A stretch of DNA of 64,000 nucleotides from Fimicolochytrium jonesii (GCF_025526975.1 NW_026515686.1:496001-560000); one strand, 5' to 3'. Positions 48,540 through 61,242 are shown, numbered from the stretch's first letter. Made by a program: numbers and translations. The notes: generated by a model not told the origin, from the sequence alone.

Positions 48540-50247
48540 TCAACTCACCACCTCAGGCATCCTTTGCGGCGCCGCGCCTGCATTCTGCTGCGGCTGATTC
48601 CACGACAAATACGTATGATCGCCCAACTTCCTCGGCTTGATCATATGCCTAAACAAAAACACCAGTCCCAAGATCCACGAAATGACTCCCACAGCGATAT
48701 ACGCCGACCCCAAGAACGGGTTCTTCCCGCCCAACAGCGACACAGTCGACAGCACGATCGCTTTACGGCCGCCAAACTTCTGCACCCCGAATGTATCCCT
48801 GATGGTGATGCGCCACACTCCCGGCATCAGCGCGGTGTTTTCGTTGCGGCCCCAGAGTTTACGGAAGGTCGGGAGCGCGGCGGTGCGCATCCAGACTTGG
48901 AAACGTTCCCAGGTGTTGATGTTGGGGATCGTGTCGCGGGTGTAGCCGTGGGCGTATTTTTCGGGCCAGGCTTCAGCCCAGAAGGGGGGTGGGATCAGTG
49001 TGCGGAGGAGCTCGTCGTCGGGTTTGTCGAGCCAGGTGGATTGTTTGAAGCGGTCTTTGTCCGAGGGCCAGCTGATGCCGTTTTCGGTGAAGGTGTAGTC
49101 GACGTAGGTGCCGCCAGAGGGTTGCGCCGCAGAGATGGACGTCAGGTTTGATATTTCGTCTGAGAGAAATAATTTGATTGTGAATGAGCATTCGCTGCGA
49201 GATGCGTCACATGGTGCATCGAGTAATGGGACACACCAGAAAACATGGAATTGGCAATCAATCCACATGGATAGTACTGAGCATTCGGGCTAACAGCCAC
49301 ATCCTGTCCATTAATCCTCACAGTCGTTCCCTGCGGTGGGGTCTTCAACGGGTCACATAAATCCAGCCCTTTCCCCGATGGCGTAGTCTGCGATCCCTTC
49401 AACTGTTCAGCATCGAAGGATTTGACGTATCGGCGGTGGTTCTGGTAGAAGTTGGTGAGGCGGTAGTACATGAATACCGGTGGGTTGAAGGCTTCGTCGA
49501 CCTTGAAGTCGATCGTGCAGGTTTTGTTGGCGGCGTTCCAGGACCAGTTGGTGATGGGTGCGGAGGGGGTACCGCCGGATTGGCAGTCTGTGTAGTCGAA
49601 CATTAATTCCTTGACCTACAAAAATAAACGAGATAGTGAGACAACCATCAACCCATCAACCACCATCACCCATCAGCAAGCACGATGCGTGTGTAAAAGA
49701 ACGACCGTTCGCTGTCAGTCACCCTCAAGAACGATGTGAGGGGATTATTGCGCCTTTGGCGCAATGAGAACTCGCTCCGCCCACGCTTCGCTGTCGCTTG
49801 CAAAGGCGTTTGCGATGGTCGCGCTCGCTATCGCTGGGCTTCCATCGCAAACCAGAAGGCGTTCGCTCTGGTCGACCTATCGGTCTCCCAGACCGAACCA
49901 ACCCGGCTCGCTTCCTTCGCGGTTCCCATTCCCACGGCCATCCCATCCCATCCCGTTCCACCTCATCCCCGTTCGAAAACGAACCTTCTCACTCGCAATA
50001 TAGAGGCCGATCCCCAAGGGCACAAAGATGGCTCCGACCAAGAAAAACGTTGGCAGGACCGTCTTTGGGGTAAGAATAGGCTGCCATGCCTTCAGACGTT
50101 GTTGTTTGAACGCGGTGTCTGGTGTGGGAAATGAGGATTTCGGTTAGACGTCTGATTTCCATAGGCGGAGCGCATACTTTCGCAATAGGTCGTTTGCGCA
50201 AGATAGTACGTACTAGCCGGCTTTTTCGACTTTACTGAGTCAGACAT
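48540..50247 (-). CDS. CDC50: CDC50/LEM3 family P4-ATPase flippase beta subunit; exons 50214-50247, 49985-50118, 49237-49615, 48540-49159
   Basis: [85 protein letters not shown]. Confidence 0.97.
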
Positions 50248-50848
50248 GATTGTGAAGTTGGTGTGGGTGATTTGGGGTAGCTTTTCGTTGAAGGTTGAAA
50301 GACCTGTTTTTATCGACCACGCCGACAATGACGATTCAGCTCCTTTTTCTTCGAGCACAAGCACCTGCTGCTGTTTCCGTCTACGGGTCTATTTGAGAGA
50401 GCGGGTTTAGTGTAAGTTACAAGGTCCATTCCTCAACGCTAAACATCTATACAAGACGGTCGTACCTGCAGCAAACAAGACGCCAGCCACAACGGAATAT
50501 GAGCCACTGCTCAGAAGAAGCGCTGTGCTGAGGATATGTAGGCCTAAGGGAAACGGTGCGACTTCCCAAGACCAAATGCGAGACTTCGAAGACTGCGGTT
50601 GTCGAGAGCAGAGCGAGGCGTCGTCCCTCCAAAGAAGCGGCCATTATGACTTACGTGATGGCTTGGCCGGCTCGCTATTTATTTCTCCGGCTTAGAGGAT
50701 CACGTGCGCATGAGGGCGGTTAAAGTTGGGACTCTCCGTGAAGCTCCGAGAAGGGGGACTCATCTCCCAGATCGACCTATGACGGACGTGCCTCTTTTGG
50801 CCAGCACGAGTCCAGTGCGCTTCCCGCTCACATCGTCAAGAACATCCC

Positions 50849-50912
50849 CTCTCGCCAAAGAAGCTACTCTCGCAAATATCCTCTCGCCAAAGAAGCTACT
50901 CTCGAAAATATC
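50849..50912. repeat. 32-bp tandem duplication
   Basis: ctctcgccaaagaagctactctcg(c/a)aaatatc, two copies. Confidence 0.9.
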
Positions 50913-51173
50913 CAGTCAAATCAATAGTATATGCACAAAAACAAATAACAGAACAAAAAGAGAGAGCGGAAAGTAGAGGAAGTATGACCACCCTCTGTTA
51001 AAAAAGGAGTAAGACATGACTGTACTACGACGAGGAAACTAAGAGACTACGACCAAAGGAGCGTTGTTGATGCCGAATGGGGAGTGGGGTAGCGGACATG
51101 CGATGTGGGGTGGGTAGTACATGAGAGGGCAAGGGGAGTGTCCGTATGCGATGATGGTATGGGATGAGGGAAT

Positions 51174-54100
51174 CTACAACTTGTCGTAGTAACGGTCAAG
51201 CGGCGGGATCTCGGGGGTGAGACCTTTACGTTTCCTGATACCCATGACGAGATCTTGCGTCTTTCCAGGCTCGAGCGGGGATCCGCCCATGACTTGCCAG
51301 TGGTCGAACACACACTGGGGGAAAGCTTGGCCTCCGGTTCCGGCACGCAGATCGGCGGTGAAGCCGAAGGATTCCATGATGGGGAGGTACGCCTTGATGT
51401 TGTACAGAGGCGTGCCGGGACGCTGCTCTTCCGCAAAGACGTGACCACGACGCCTGTTAAGGACACCGTAGATACCGCCCATGGCGGCCTCGGGACATTG
51501 GATCTCGCAGAGGAAGACGGGCTCCATGACGGCGGGGTCGGCGGTAAGCATGGCGGCGTAGCAGACACGACGGCAAGTGGGGATCAGCTGACCTCCACCA
51601 CGGTGAATGGCGTCAGCGTGGAGGACAACATCGAGGATGTTGAAGCGAATGGCACGCATGTGCTCCTCGGCAAGACATCCTTCCTTGGTCGCCCATTGGA
51701 AAGCGGCGATGCAGGAGTCCTTGATTTCGTTCAAGTACTGCACACCCTTGGTAGTGTCGACAAGCAAGTTGGCGCCAGAGACGTCGGGACCGAAACACCA
51801 GATCTTACGGGCATCAGTGACATCCCACTCGTAGTCCTCGGCAAGGATACGCGCACGGGCTTTGAAATCGTCCTTGGGGGAAACACGGCCGCTCTCGATG
51901 TCCTTGGCAAGCTCCTCAACCATGGGCTGAGCCTTCATGAAGATACGGTTGTGCTTGTTGGGGGACTTGGAGAGGGCGACGATGCTGGACTCGGCTTGGA
52001 CGGTCTCACGAAGCTGGACAACGGGGTCTCCAGTCTTGAGGGGCACACCGGCGTGGTCCTCCTCAAGATCCTTCAGGCAAATTTCCAAGTGCAACTCACC
52101 GGCACCAGCGACGATGTGCTCACCGGACTCGGAGGTGTAGGTCAACACACAGGGGTCGGACTTGGAGAGACGCTTGAGACCTTCGACGAGCTTGGGCAGA
52201 TCGGCGGCGTTCTTGCACTCGACGGCGACCGTGACGACGGGGGAGACGGAGAACTTCATGACCTTCAAGTTGTGGGCGGTCTCGGAGGTGGTGATGGTTC
52301 CAGACTTGAGCAAGAACTGGTCGATACCGACAAGACCGATGATGTTACCGGCGGGGCAGTCGTCGATGGACTCGACGTAACGACCCATCATGAGCACGAC
52401 ACGCTGAACGGACTTGACGAACAAGTCCTCCTTCTTGCCAGGAACGAAGTTGGGACCCTGGATGCGGACCTTGAGACCGGCACGGACGGTTCCGGAGAAG
52501 ACACGACCGAAAGCGTAGAAACGACCCTTGTCGGACGTGGGCACCATCTTGGAAACGTACAACATGAGGGGACCAGCGGGGTCACAGTCACGAATAGCGA
52601 CAGCGCACTCGTCGTCCAGGGGACCCTCGTAAAGGGTGTCGTAACGGTACTTTTGGGCGGTGAAGGGAGAGGGAAGGTGGATAACGATCATTTCAAGTAG
52701 AGCGTCACCGGCGGGCAAGAACTTCTTCATGACGGTCTTGAGGAGAGCCTTGCCCTCGAGCTCCTTCTCGTCGGGCTTCAAAACGATCTCGAGCTTCTCG
52801 AGCATCTTTGCGGTCTCGTCCTTCTTGAAGTTCATGATGGCGTCAAACACACGGAAGATGGGGTCCAAAACGAACAAGTTGAAGGCACGCTCGATCGACT
52901 TGCCCTCAGCATCGGTACCCTTAGTAGACCACTTCTTGGTCTTGGGGTTGAAGTAGTTCTCTCCCCAGAGACGGGTCATCATCTTCTCCTTGTCAACACC
53001 GAACTTCTTGGCGTAACGCTGAGCGAACTGACGGAGGGTGAAGGCCCAACCGTGAAGACCGGAACCGAAAGCGACGGTACCCTTCTCGGGGTACACCTGG
53101 ACGTCACCGAGGGACTTGTCAATGTACGTCGCGATAACTACGTTGACGGACTCGATGGTACGGGAGAAGGTCTAAAGAGATTGGATGGTGTGAGTTTGGA
53201 TATCATAAGGAAGCATTATTCAAATCACCAAAAATCGCACCTGGTAAAGATCCTCCTTGGTGAGCTGGAGCTCAAGAAGCGCACGGTCGACCTTGTTGAT
53301 GACAACGACGGGCTTGATACGCTCACCGAGCGCCTGACGAAGGACGGTCTCGGTTTGCACACACACACCCTCGATGGTGTCGACGACGACAAGAGCACCG
53401 TCAGTGACACGGAGGGCGGCGGTGACCTCGGAAGAGAAGTCAACGTGTCCGGGCGAGTCGATCAAGTTGATCAAGAAACCGGGTCCTACCGAAAATTAAA
53501 AAACCGGGTTAGTTCCCGCACCGAGAAAAGTCCGTGGGAAAAAACTGAGCGTGGGAAAATTGCGATGCATGAAGAGTAAAAATTCGGCGAAGCGTAGCGA
53601 AGCGGATGTCGGTTAGGCTGGTTAGATGAGAGGCGTCGCGCGCAACTGCCGCAACGTGGTGTTGGCCTCGCTCCCAACAGATTGGGGTCGCGCTCGTTAC
53701 CGCTCGCGAAGGCGTTCCTTATCCCTCGGGCTCCCACACCAAACCAAAACCTCGCTACGTTCGGGCTCGCTTCGCCTTCGCCTCACTACGCTCCCTTCTC
53801 ACTCCGTTAGCGACGCGTTACTCACCATCGGTGGTCTGCTTGACGTCAGAAAGGTCCTCAGCGGGCATTTCGAAGTACATGGAGATGGCGGTAGACTTGA
53901 TAGTGATACCACGGTCCTGTTCATCCTGCCTTGTGTCGGTGTAACGAGCGTCACCGGCCTTGGCGGAAGCGATAATACCAGCTTTCGAGACGAGGGAGTC
54001 TGTGAGCGTGGACTTTCCGTGGTCGACGTGGGCAATCACGGACATGTTACGGATGTTCACCCGCTTGTCCATGAGACCACGGATCTGATTGTGGGTAAAA

Positions 54101-54458
54101 GATGGGATGCGTTAGCATCCTAGCATCTGTTGACCGAGTCCCTTCAATCCCATCTCCATTCCCGGTCGAGAACGCTCCTCGTCATCCCTTTCCCACAATC
54201 CCATTTCACTGCCGAATTGTCGCCCGTCGCCCAAGCTTCCCACAACCCGCCATTCGCCCTCCTCAATTTACCTCATCGATCGAGAAGTTAACCTATCATA
54301 GCAAAGAGAAAAGAAACGCAGAGTGAGTGTCAGTGTCGAAGTCATCGTGGGAAATTGTGATGTAGCCATCCCGCCATTCCGTGATCACTGCTCCCTCCTC
54401 GAATTCGCCGAATGGATGGATGGATGGACTTGTAGCGTGGAAGAGATGTACGTACCAT
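51174..54458 (-). CDS. EFT2: Translation elongation factor 2; exons 54456-54458, 54272-54292, 53826-54084, 53241-53485, 51174-53171
   Basis: [57 protein letters not shown], diphthamide loop [13 protein letters not shown]-terminus YYDKL. Confidence 0.99.
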
Positions 54459-56171
54459 CTTGAAGACTCTTCCTTGTTACAGGGGGGATGTCAGATGGAT
54501 GGTTTGGATGGATGGATGGATGGCTCTATCCTTCCTACAGCGCTAAAGGGGCCGAGCAACGAAGTGTTCGCAGGGCGTCCTTATACAAAACGGGCGGTGG
54601 GGCAGGACGCGGATCAACCGGGATATTTAATTTCGCTGTCTTACTAATAAAGGACTTAACGAGGATAAGTGGGCGATCGCTTCATTTGTGCAAGCGCATG
54701 TGGTGCTTTTGTGGGGTTCAGAGCGCGTTCTTATACTGTACCAGCACGCCAATGGGTTGGGGTTGGGTTAACGCGATAGGGCTATACAGCGGCGCAGAAA
54801 CTGGCTCTCGAAAGAACATTGCTGGCTGAGGTGCATGGCGGAAGGCACTCATGTGTAGGCTGGATTGCTGGCCAGGTAGAGGCCAGATGGTTCCAGCATG
54901 TCCGCCCAACTCTCATTTGGTTAGAAATCAGGGGCGACCGCGGACAGTGTCGTGCTAAACATTCTGCAAATCTCGATACTCCCGTCCGTAAGTAATCTGC
55001 CTAACAAAAGCTAATTATCCTGTCTCGCTCTATATTCGAAAGAGCGGCATTCTTGGTCTCATCGCCGAAGCTCACGGTGGCGGAAGGGGCGATGCTGATT
55101 ATTGATTGCCGGCGAGCAAAGGCGAGCCTGTCCACGTAACCAGATTTGGGCGCGGCATTTATTGCAGGAAGTGAACCATTCCAGCACACGCCACTGTTAG
55201 TTGAAGGGATCGCATCACGCCGTCAAGCCCAAGCTGATGTCAAGCAGTGTGATCTGATCGTAGGAAGAAGTGTCCAAGAAAACCGCACTTGAGCGAAATG
55301 TCCAGCAGCGGTGCTTGATTTCAACCAAAGGTGCAGCCATCTCTCGGAGAAATCAAAAAGCTTGCGCTCTCACATGAATGATGGACGTGAGCATGCGTCA
55401 ATGAGTGTGTGCTAGTTTTCTCACCGATCCACATCGGCCGGAGATGAGGACGAGTGATGCCATTGCGCCAGTCACTGGTTCTCCACTTGATATGAATTCA
55501 TTCTGGAGGCAGCATCCCTTTGCATGCCCAGTACATGTTACACTTGATACGACTTGTATCGAAGCATATGCTGCCATCTACTGCTTCTCTATACATATGA
55601 AGGAGGAAATGCAAATGTATATAAACCGCCCACGTGACCGCCTGCCATATTCAAATCGCTCACACGGACCGTCACTTCGCAATTGTCTATGCTGCACGAC
55701 ACAATCCCGCATCGCTCGTAAACTGTCAAGGGCACACAATCACTTGCGTCGCCCTCAGCACGGCAAGTTTACTTATCCTGTGATCTCACTTTGAGTCTGG
55801 TGAGATTTCAGTAAGGTACGTACAAGGGGGAGGGAACTGCTGTGATATGCGCGGTTGGCCGAACTTGAGAGAGTAGGAGAGAAGTGGAGGCGCCGACGTT
55901 CGGATTTTGGCCGGAGCAGGGATATAGGGACTGTTCGGTTCGTTCGTTGGGCGGAAGAGGAAGAGGAGAGAGGAACGACCTTCCTGTGGACTTGGATGTC
56001 AGGCTCCAAATTTCGGAGCGGGGATGGGAATTCTGCCCAGTGTTACGGTGTCATTGAACCCCTTTCGTTCCCGTTATCTACCAAACAGACCCTTAGCACA
56101 CACCACCTCGACCCCACCCACCTTCACAACCACCACCCCAGTCCACCCCTCACACCCTCACATCAGCAAAA

Positions 56172-56811
56172 ATGCTATCCCTCTTCCCCGAATCAGAGGT
56201 CGCAAACAAGATCGCCGCGCGGCCAGACTGGGAACGGACGCTCGGATACGCGGGATGGGCCGCAATGGGTGTCTTTACGCAGGCGTTTGCCCTGGCGTTG
56301 CAGCATCGGCCTGTGCTTGAACGTATGTATTGACTTGGGGTGGGGCGATGTGGAAGAGGCGGTTGTGGGACTGGGAGGGCTGGATTTGCAGAAGAGACTT
56401 CGAGCGGTAGTGATTGCGTCGATCCGCGAGCGAAGCGGAGGGCGAGCAGAGAGCGTACTTGATCACGGCCAATGCGCATCTATCATGTGCTTTGGTCCAG
56501 CGGCAAGCAAGCGGTTTATACTGTCAAAGACGCAACTCCTGCTTCATGCCACCAACCCCTACGACTCGCTCTACGCCAATCGTACTCAGCATCAATCAAC
56601 CAAAACTAACCCATCCTCCCATCCGCCAGGACCCTACAAACACGTCCTCTTCGCCGGCGCCTTCGTCGGCCTGGGGTACGCCTTGAACACGTTCCAGGAC
56701 ACGCAACTGCACCGTCTGGAGCAGAAACGCGATCGGCTGGTCAGGAGGCGGATGTTGAGGGTTACGGAGGGGGCGGCGGCGTTGGATGGGGAGGGCGCGG
56801 TGGCGCATTGA
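56172..56811 (+). CDS. Complex I accessory subunit, fungal 14-kDa / NDUFC2 (B14.5b)-like; exons 56172-56322 and 56630-56811
   Basis: Two short TM segments (WAAMGVFTQAFALALQHRP; HVLFAGAFVGLGYAL) followed by a charged helix (Q..RLEQKRDRLVRRR); GTATGT...CTAAC...CAG intron. Confidence 0.75.
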
Positions 56812-57724
56812 GTTGGTTGTTGAGCGAGAGAGGAAAGGATGCTGCTAGAAGCCCCTTTGTACACCATCGACTGAGAAAATATAACCATGATACCACCGTA
56901 TACATCCATCGCTTTCCAAAACGCTCCCATGAACCTCAAACTCGTTCCCAAAGGAAAATGGAATCGTTCGAGACCCGTATGCGGATTCGGCCGGATTCTA
57001 CATATCCCCATACGCAGTTAAAGCAAACTCCAACGCCGAAAGAATTCTCACATGCCACAAAACTATTGTACATTCACCGTTACGTTCAGTCACCCTACCC
57101 TTCGTTCGCGTGCTACATTCCTACAAATGGGTATGATGCTAAGCACGCTCTTTTGCTACGGGGGTATAAGATTTCCGACGGTTGGATTGGTGAAGGAGCG
57201 GTAAGTATTGGTGATTGGTATCGTGTGCTCAGATGCTCAGACTAGGGTTTAAGTGAGCGGCTATGAGGGGTACATCGTTGTTCTGAAAGCCGACACGGTG
57301 GACGGATCTGAATAGATGAAAGACGAAAATAAACGGCACAGTGTTAGCTCAATGCAAAGCTCCACCATCCCCTCGCCACAACACTCATTCTCCCATCCAC
57401 CACACATCAGCTTGAAAACTACATAGACCTCCCCCTCTCACAAGCGCCCAACACCTGCCCATCCATTCCACCCCTCCCTTCCATCCCGCCACATCTCCAG
57501 CGAACGCGCACGCACACGCCTTTCAAAGTGTGAGTGGGTGCGGAGATATGATAGGTCGGTCGCGGTGGATGGTGGTAGGTGTGGGGTTTTCTTGGCTTCG
57601 GTGGGTTTGCTTTTTGTCATCATTTGTGTAGGGGTTGGCGGTCGTGAAGGGTATGGCGTATCCTTTGTGTGAGCTTACCGATATGGGAGATGGGAGTGGA
57701 ATGGATACGCCCCTATCCTCGGTA

Positions 57725-60700
57725 TCAATCATCGTACTCCTCCCCAATCCGCCTCCGTTTCCGGCCCCAGCCCCCGATCTCTTCATCCAAGCGGTCCAGC
57801 TCATCTTCATCTACAAAGAACCCGCCGCCTAAATCCACTCTCTCCTTAGGTTGTTGATTCTCAACCTCATCCATCGGAAGCCCACCACCTCCATCCTTCG
57901 CCTCCACGTCAGCCTCTACGAAGAACCCACCACCACTATCGCCAGGATCCGCAAAGAGCGCCGCATCGACAAGCTCGTCCGGAAACACGTCATCCAGCGG
58001 GTCGTCGAAATCCGCAAACTCATCTATCTCATCTTCTGGTGGTATACTGGTGCTGGGCGGTGGATCTGACGGGTACTGCGTGCTTAAGGGCGGGAGTGGG
58101 TCGTCCGGGAATACGCTGTCGAGGGGATCAAAGTCGTCGACATCGTGGAAATCGTCTATTTCGTATGGTGTGTTTTGTGGTGGGCTGTGAGCGTGATGTG
58201 GAGATAAGGGTTGGTGGGGGGTGCCTAAAGGTGGCAGAGGCTCATCGGGAAACGCGCTGTTGAGGGTGTCAAAGTCGTCGACGTCTTCAAAGTTATCTAC
58301 ATCCGTGAGATCGTCGATATCTTCTGCTGTGGACGTTACGTCGCGGGAGTGTTGTGCATTCGTGTCGCGGTTGATGCCTTTTGGCGGCAGCAGGGCAGGG
58401 TCGTCATCATCATCATCATCGACCATAAATCCTCCTCCCTTCGGAAGAGCGATATCCACCCGCTTCCTATTCCCCCGTTGCGACATCTGCGATATTCCCA
58501 ACAACTCATCCAGCACGTCCCCTTCCTCACCGTCGCCACCCTCCTCCACCCCAAACACCGTATCAATCCTCGGCTGTTTCCGTTTCTCCCTCTCCTCTTT
58601 CGTACTCGTATCCTCAATCGTATCCATCGTGGCGCTCACCCCATCCAAACTCTGCCCAACAACATCCAGTTTCCTGCTGATGAGCGGCCACTGCACGTCG
58701 TCGAGGGTATCGTTCGCAAGGATGTATTTGACGTCGACGTTGCCCTTTCGGCCGATACGGTGCGCGCGGTCTTCCCCTTGGAGGATTTGCCCGGGGTTCC
58801 AGAAAAGCTCGGCGAAGATGACTAGGTCGGCGGCGTTGAGGGTTAGGCCGACGCCCGCGGCGGTGATGCCGAGAACGGCCACGCGGGTTTCGGGGTCGGT
58901 TTGGAAGGTGTCGCAGAGGGGTTGGCGGGTGGGAGCCGGGGTGCTGCCGTCGATCTTTATGAACTTTGCCTGTGGATTTGTGTGGTAGGGTCAGAGTTGA
59001 TGCTCGACACCCTTTGCGTCTGAGCTTCCCGAGTGAAGCTTTACCTGCAATTTGGTGAACTCTTCTGATAAAGCGCTGAGTATGCCCAAATGATGCGCAA
59101 AGACAATAAACTTCTTCGTCGTGTGGTTGTACAGCTCGGTGAGATATTCCAGCACCGCAGGCAGTTTCGCCATACCCGTCTCCTTATACTGCGTTGGGAA
59201 GAGCGTTCGTGAATGCCGTTGGAGGGATCAAGTACACTGGCAATATCGAATTGCGGACAGCCACACTCACCATCTCAATGAAATTCGACCTCTGATTCTC
59301 CATGATCTTCGCCTGCTTCTCCTCGGTCCCGCCCGCCCTCGCATCCTCCAACTTCTCCTCCTTCATCTTCAACTTCTTTAACGCCGCCTTCGCCTTCGCA
59401 CTAACCTCCACATACACACATTGGCGCGTCTTTTCCGGCAACTGTTTCAGCACATCCTTCTTGAGACGGCGGACAAGGACCGTGCGTTCAAGGTACCAAT
59501 GCAATTCGGCGCTGTTGCTCGCGCCGGTAAAGTCCCACCCGTAGCGGCTTTGGCGGCCGTCGCAGTAACGGACGCCGAACTGGGTAGCGGAGGTGAAAGG
59601 TTGGACCAGGGCGCCGATTTGGGTGAAGAGTTCGATGGGGCGGGAGAGGGCAGGTGTGCCTGATAGTAGGAGGGCCCGCTTTGCGCGTTTTATCAATGGG
59701 AGGATGCACTTTGTTCGTTTGGCCTATGGATAGTAGTTCGGAGCGATCAGCAATCACGCTCGAAACGTATACGTTAAGTACCGTTCCATGCGCTACTCAC
59801 ATCACGCGACTTCAAGTAATGCGATTCATCCGCAACGATAACCTTGAACCTCGCCAGTACCAACTGATCCTCCATCGTCTTCCTACTCGCAAGATCGTAA
59901 CTAACGATCGCAAAGGTCGCCGTCTCCTTTAACAAATCCTTCGCCGTAAATATCACTTGGATATCGGTTTCTGGAACGTCGAGCCATTTGATAATTTCGG
60001 CTTTCCACGTCAGACGGAGCGATGAAGGGCAGATGATGAGGACGGGCCATTCGGAGCGATAGAAGTAGCATGTAGCGATCGCTTGGATGGTTTTGCCTAA
60101 GGTGCAGAATAGAGTCGGCGACCTCAGAAAGGGGTTCCGACGTGCGAGCACTTTCATGAACTATACCTAGTCCCATCTCATCACCCAGCAGTACTTTGCC
60201 CTTCCGCCTAACGATCTGCTGCAGTCCACTCTTTTGGAACGGCATCAGCCTTTCGTACAGCTTTGGCGGTAAGGCCTCCTTCACCCTCTCCAACGTCTCG
60301 GCCATCTCATCCACCGTTTCTCGCGTCGTTGTGTTGAACGCTGCCAATACAAATCCCGGGATGTCGCGGAACTCGGATACGGCATTCACTTTGTGAAGCT
60401 GTTTCATTTTCATCGCCAGTGTCTGGTGATGAACGATAGGGACGAGCCATATCTTTTCTTCGGTGTGCCAATTCGCATCGGGTATACTTCGAACCTCAGC
60501 GACGATCGTTTCATTGTATGGGAACTTCACTGCGATGTGATTATCATCATGGACCGTGAGAATGACCTCGACAGCTTGAAAGTATCGTTTCGTCCCAGCC
60601 GCTGCACCTGACGCCTGCCCTTCCCAAGGGAGTTTCCGAGACGATGTCGCTCCAACGCTCGTGACTCCTGCCGCGATCGTCCATGGTGTCGGCGTGGTGC

Positions 60701-61242
60701 GTCGTGGAGGCGAAGCGACATGGGTCCGCGCACTGCCTCCCGCTCTTCCCAGAGTATGAGGCGCTGAAGGACGGTTTGGTGGTAGAGAGGATAATGAAGC
60801 CGAAGGACGCGACGAAATTGAGGAGGATGTCGCGGGTGAGTCCCATTCGAAGAATTTGCAGGTTCGAGCAGCACACTGGAAAAATGTATGGCAAAGATCA
60901 GACGGTGATGACGGACGGCGTCGAACATGTCTACGAGCTATACCCGCCCGCGCATGTCTTTTGCCCCAGACATTGACCCAACCCAGACCTTCGCGAAAGC
61001 GGAATGCACCGCAGCTGCCCGTAAGACTTGCACTCACTCGCTCACTCACGTACAGAGTAAAACCAGCGTCCCTTGTTTGCGTTCTCTTTCTTCGACTGAA
61101 AGCGGGATGCGGGGACTCCACATGGGCAAACTTTACCCGGCAGACCGCTTCGGTCGGACTGAGGACCAGACGGGGTTATATGAGCGCTGGTTGACCGGCG
61201 GACCTGAGTCTCAGACCCTTTTGCGGTCCGTGTGAAGGACAT
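57725..61242 (-). CDS. SMARCAL1: SMARCAL1/ZRANB3-family SNF2 annealing helicase with GRF zinc finger and HARP-like domain; exons 61054-61242, 60167-60875, 59801-60096, 59271-59723, 59045-59188, 57725-58969
   Basis: LMPFQ, LGDEMGLGKT, ICPSSLR, IVADESHYLK, LLSGTPALSRPIEL, ITAAGVGLTL, FAELFWNPG, QGEDRAHRIG; HARP-like FPYNETIVAEVRSIPDANWHTEEKIW; CPCG...NKGRWFYSC...CKFFEW. Confidence 0.93.

Noticed and set aside
51255..52700. 481-aa plus-strand ORF
   Set aside because: Antisense shadow of the strongly codon-biased eEF2 exon; no independent protein features.
53686..53781. Hammerhead ribozyme or C/D-box snoRNA identity for the shared intron element
   Set aside because: No CUGAnGA/GAAA core and no RUGAUGA/CUGA boxes in the shared blocks on either strand.
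43819..61242. MUS81 plus SMARCAL1 as a functional DNA-repair gene cluster
   Set aside because: They are separated by five unrelated housekeeping genes; proximity is plausibly chance without synteny data.
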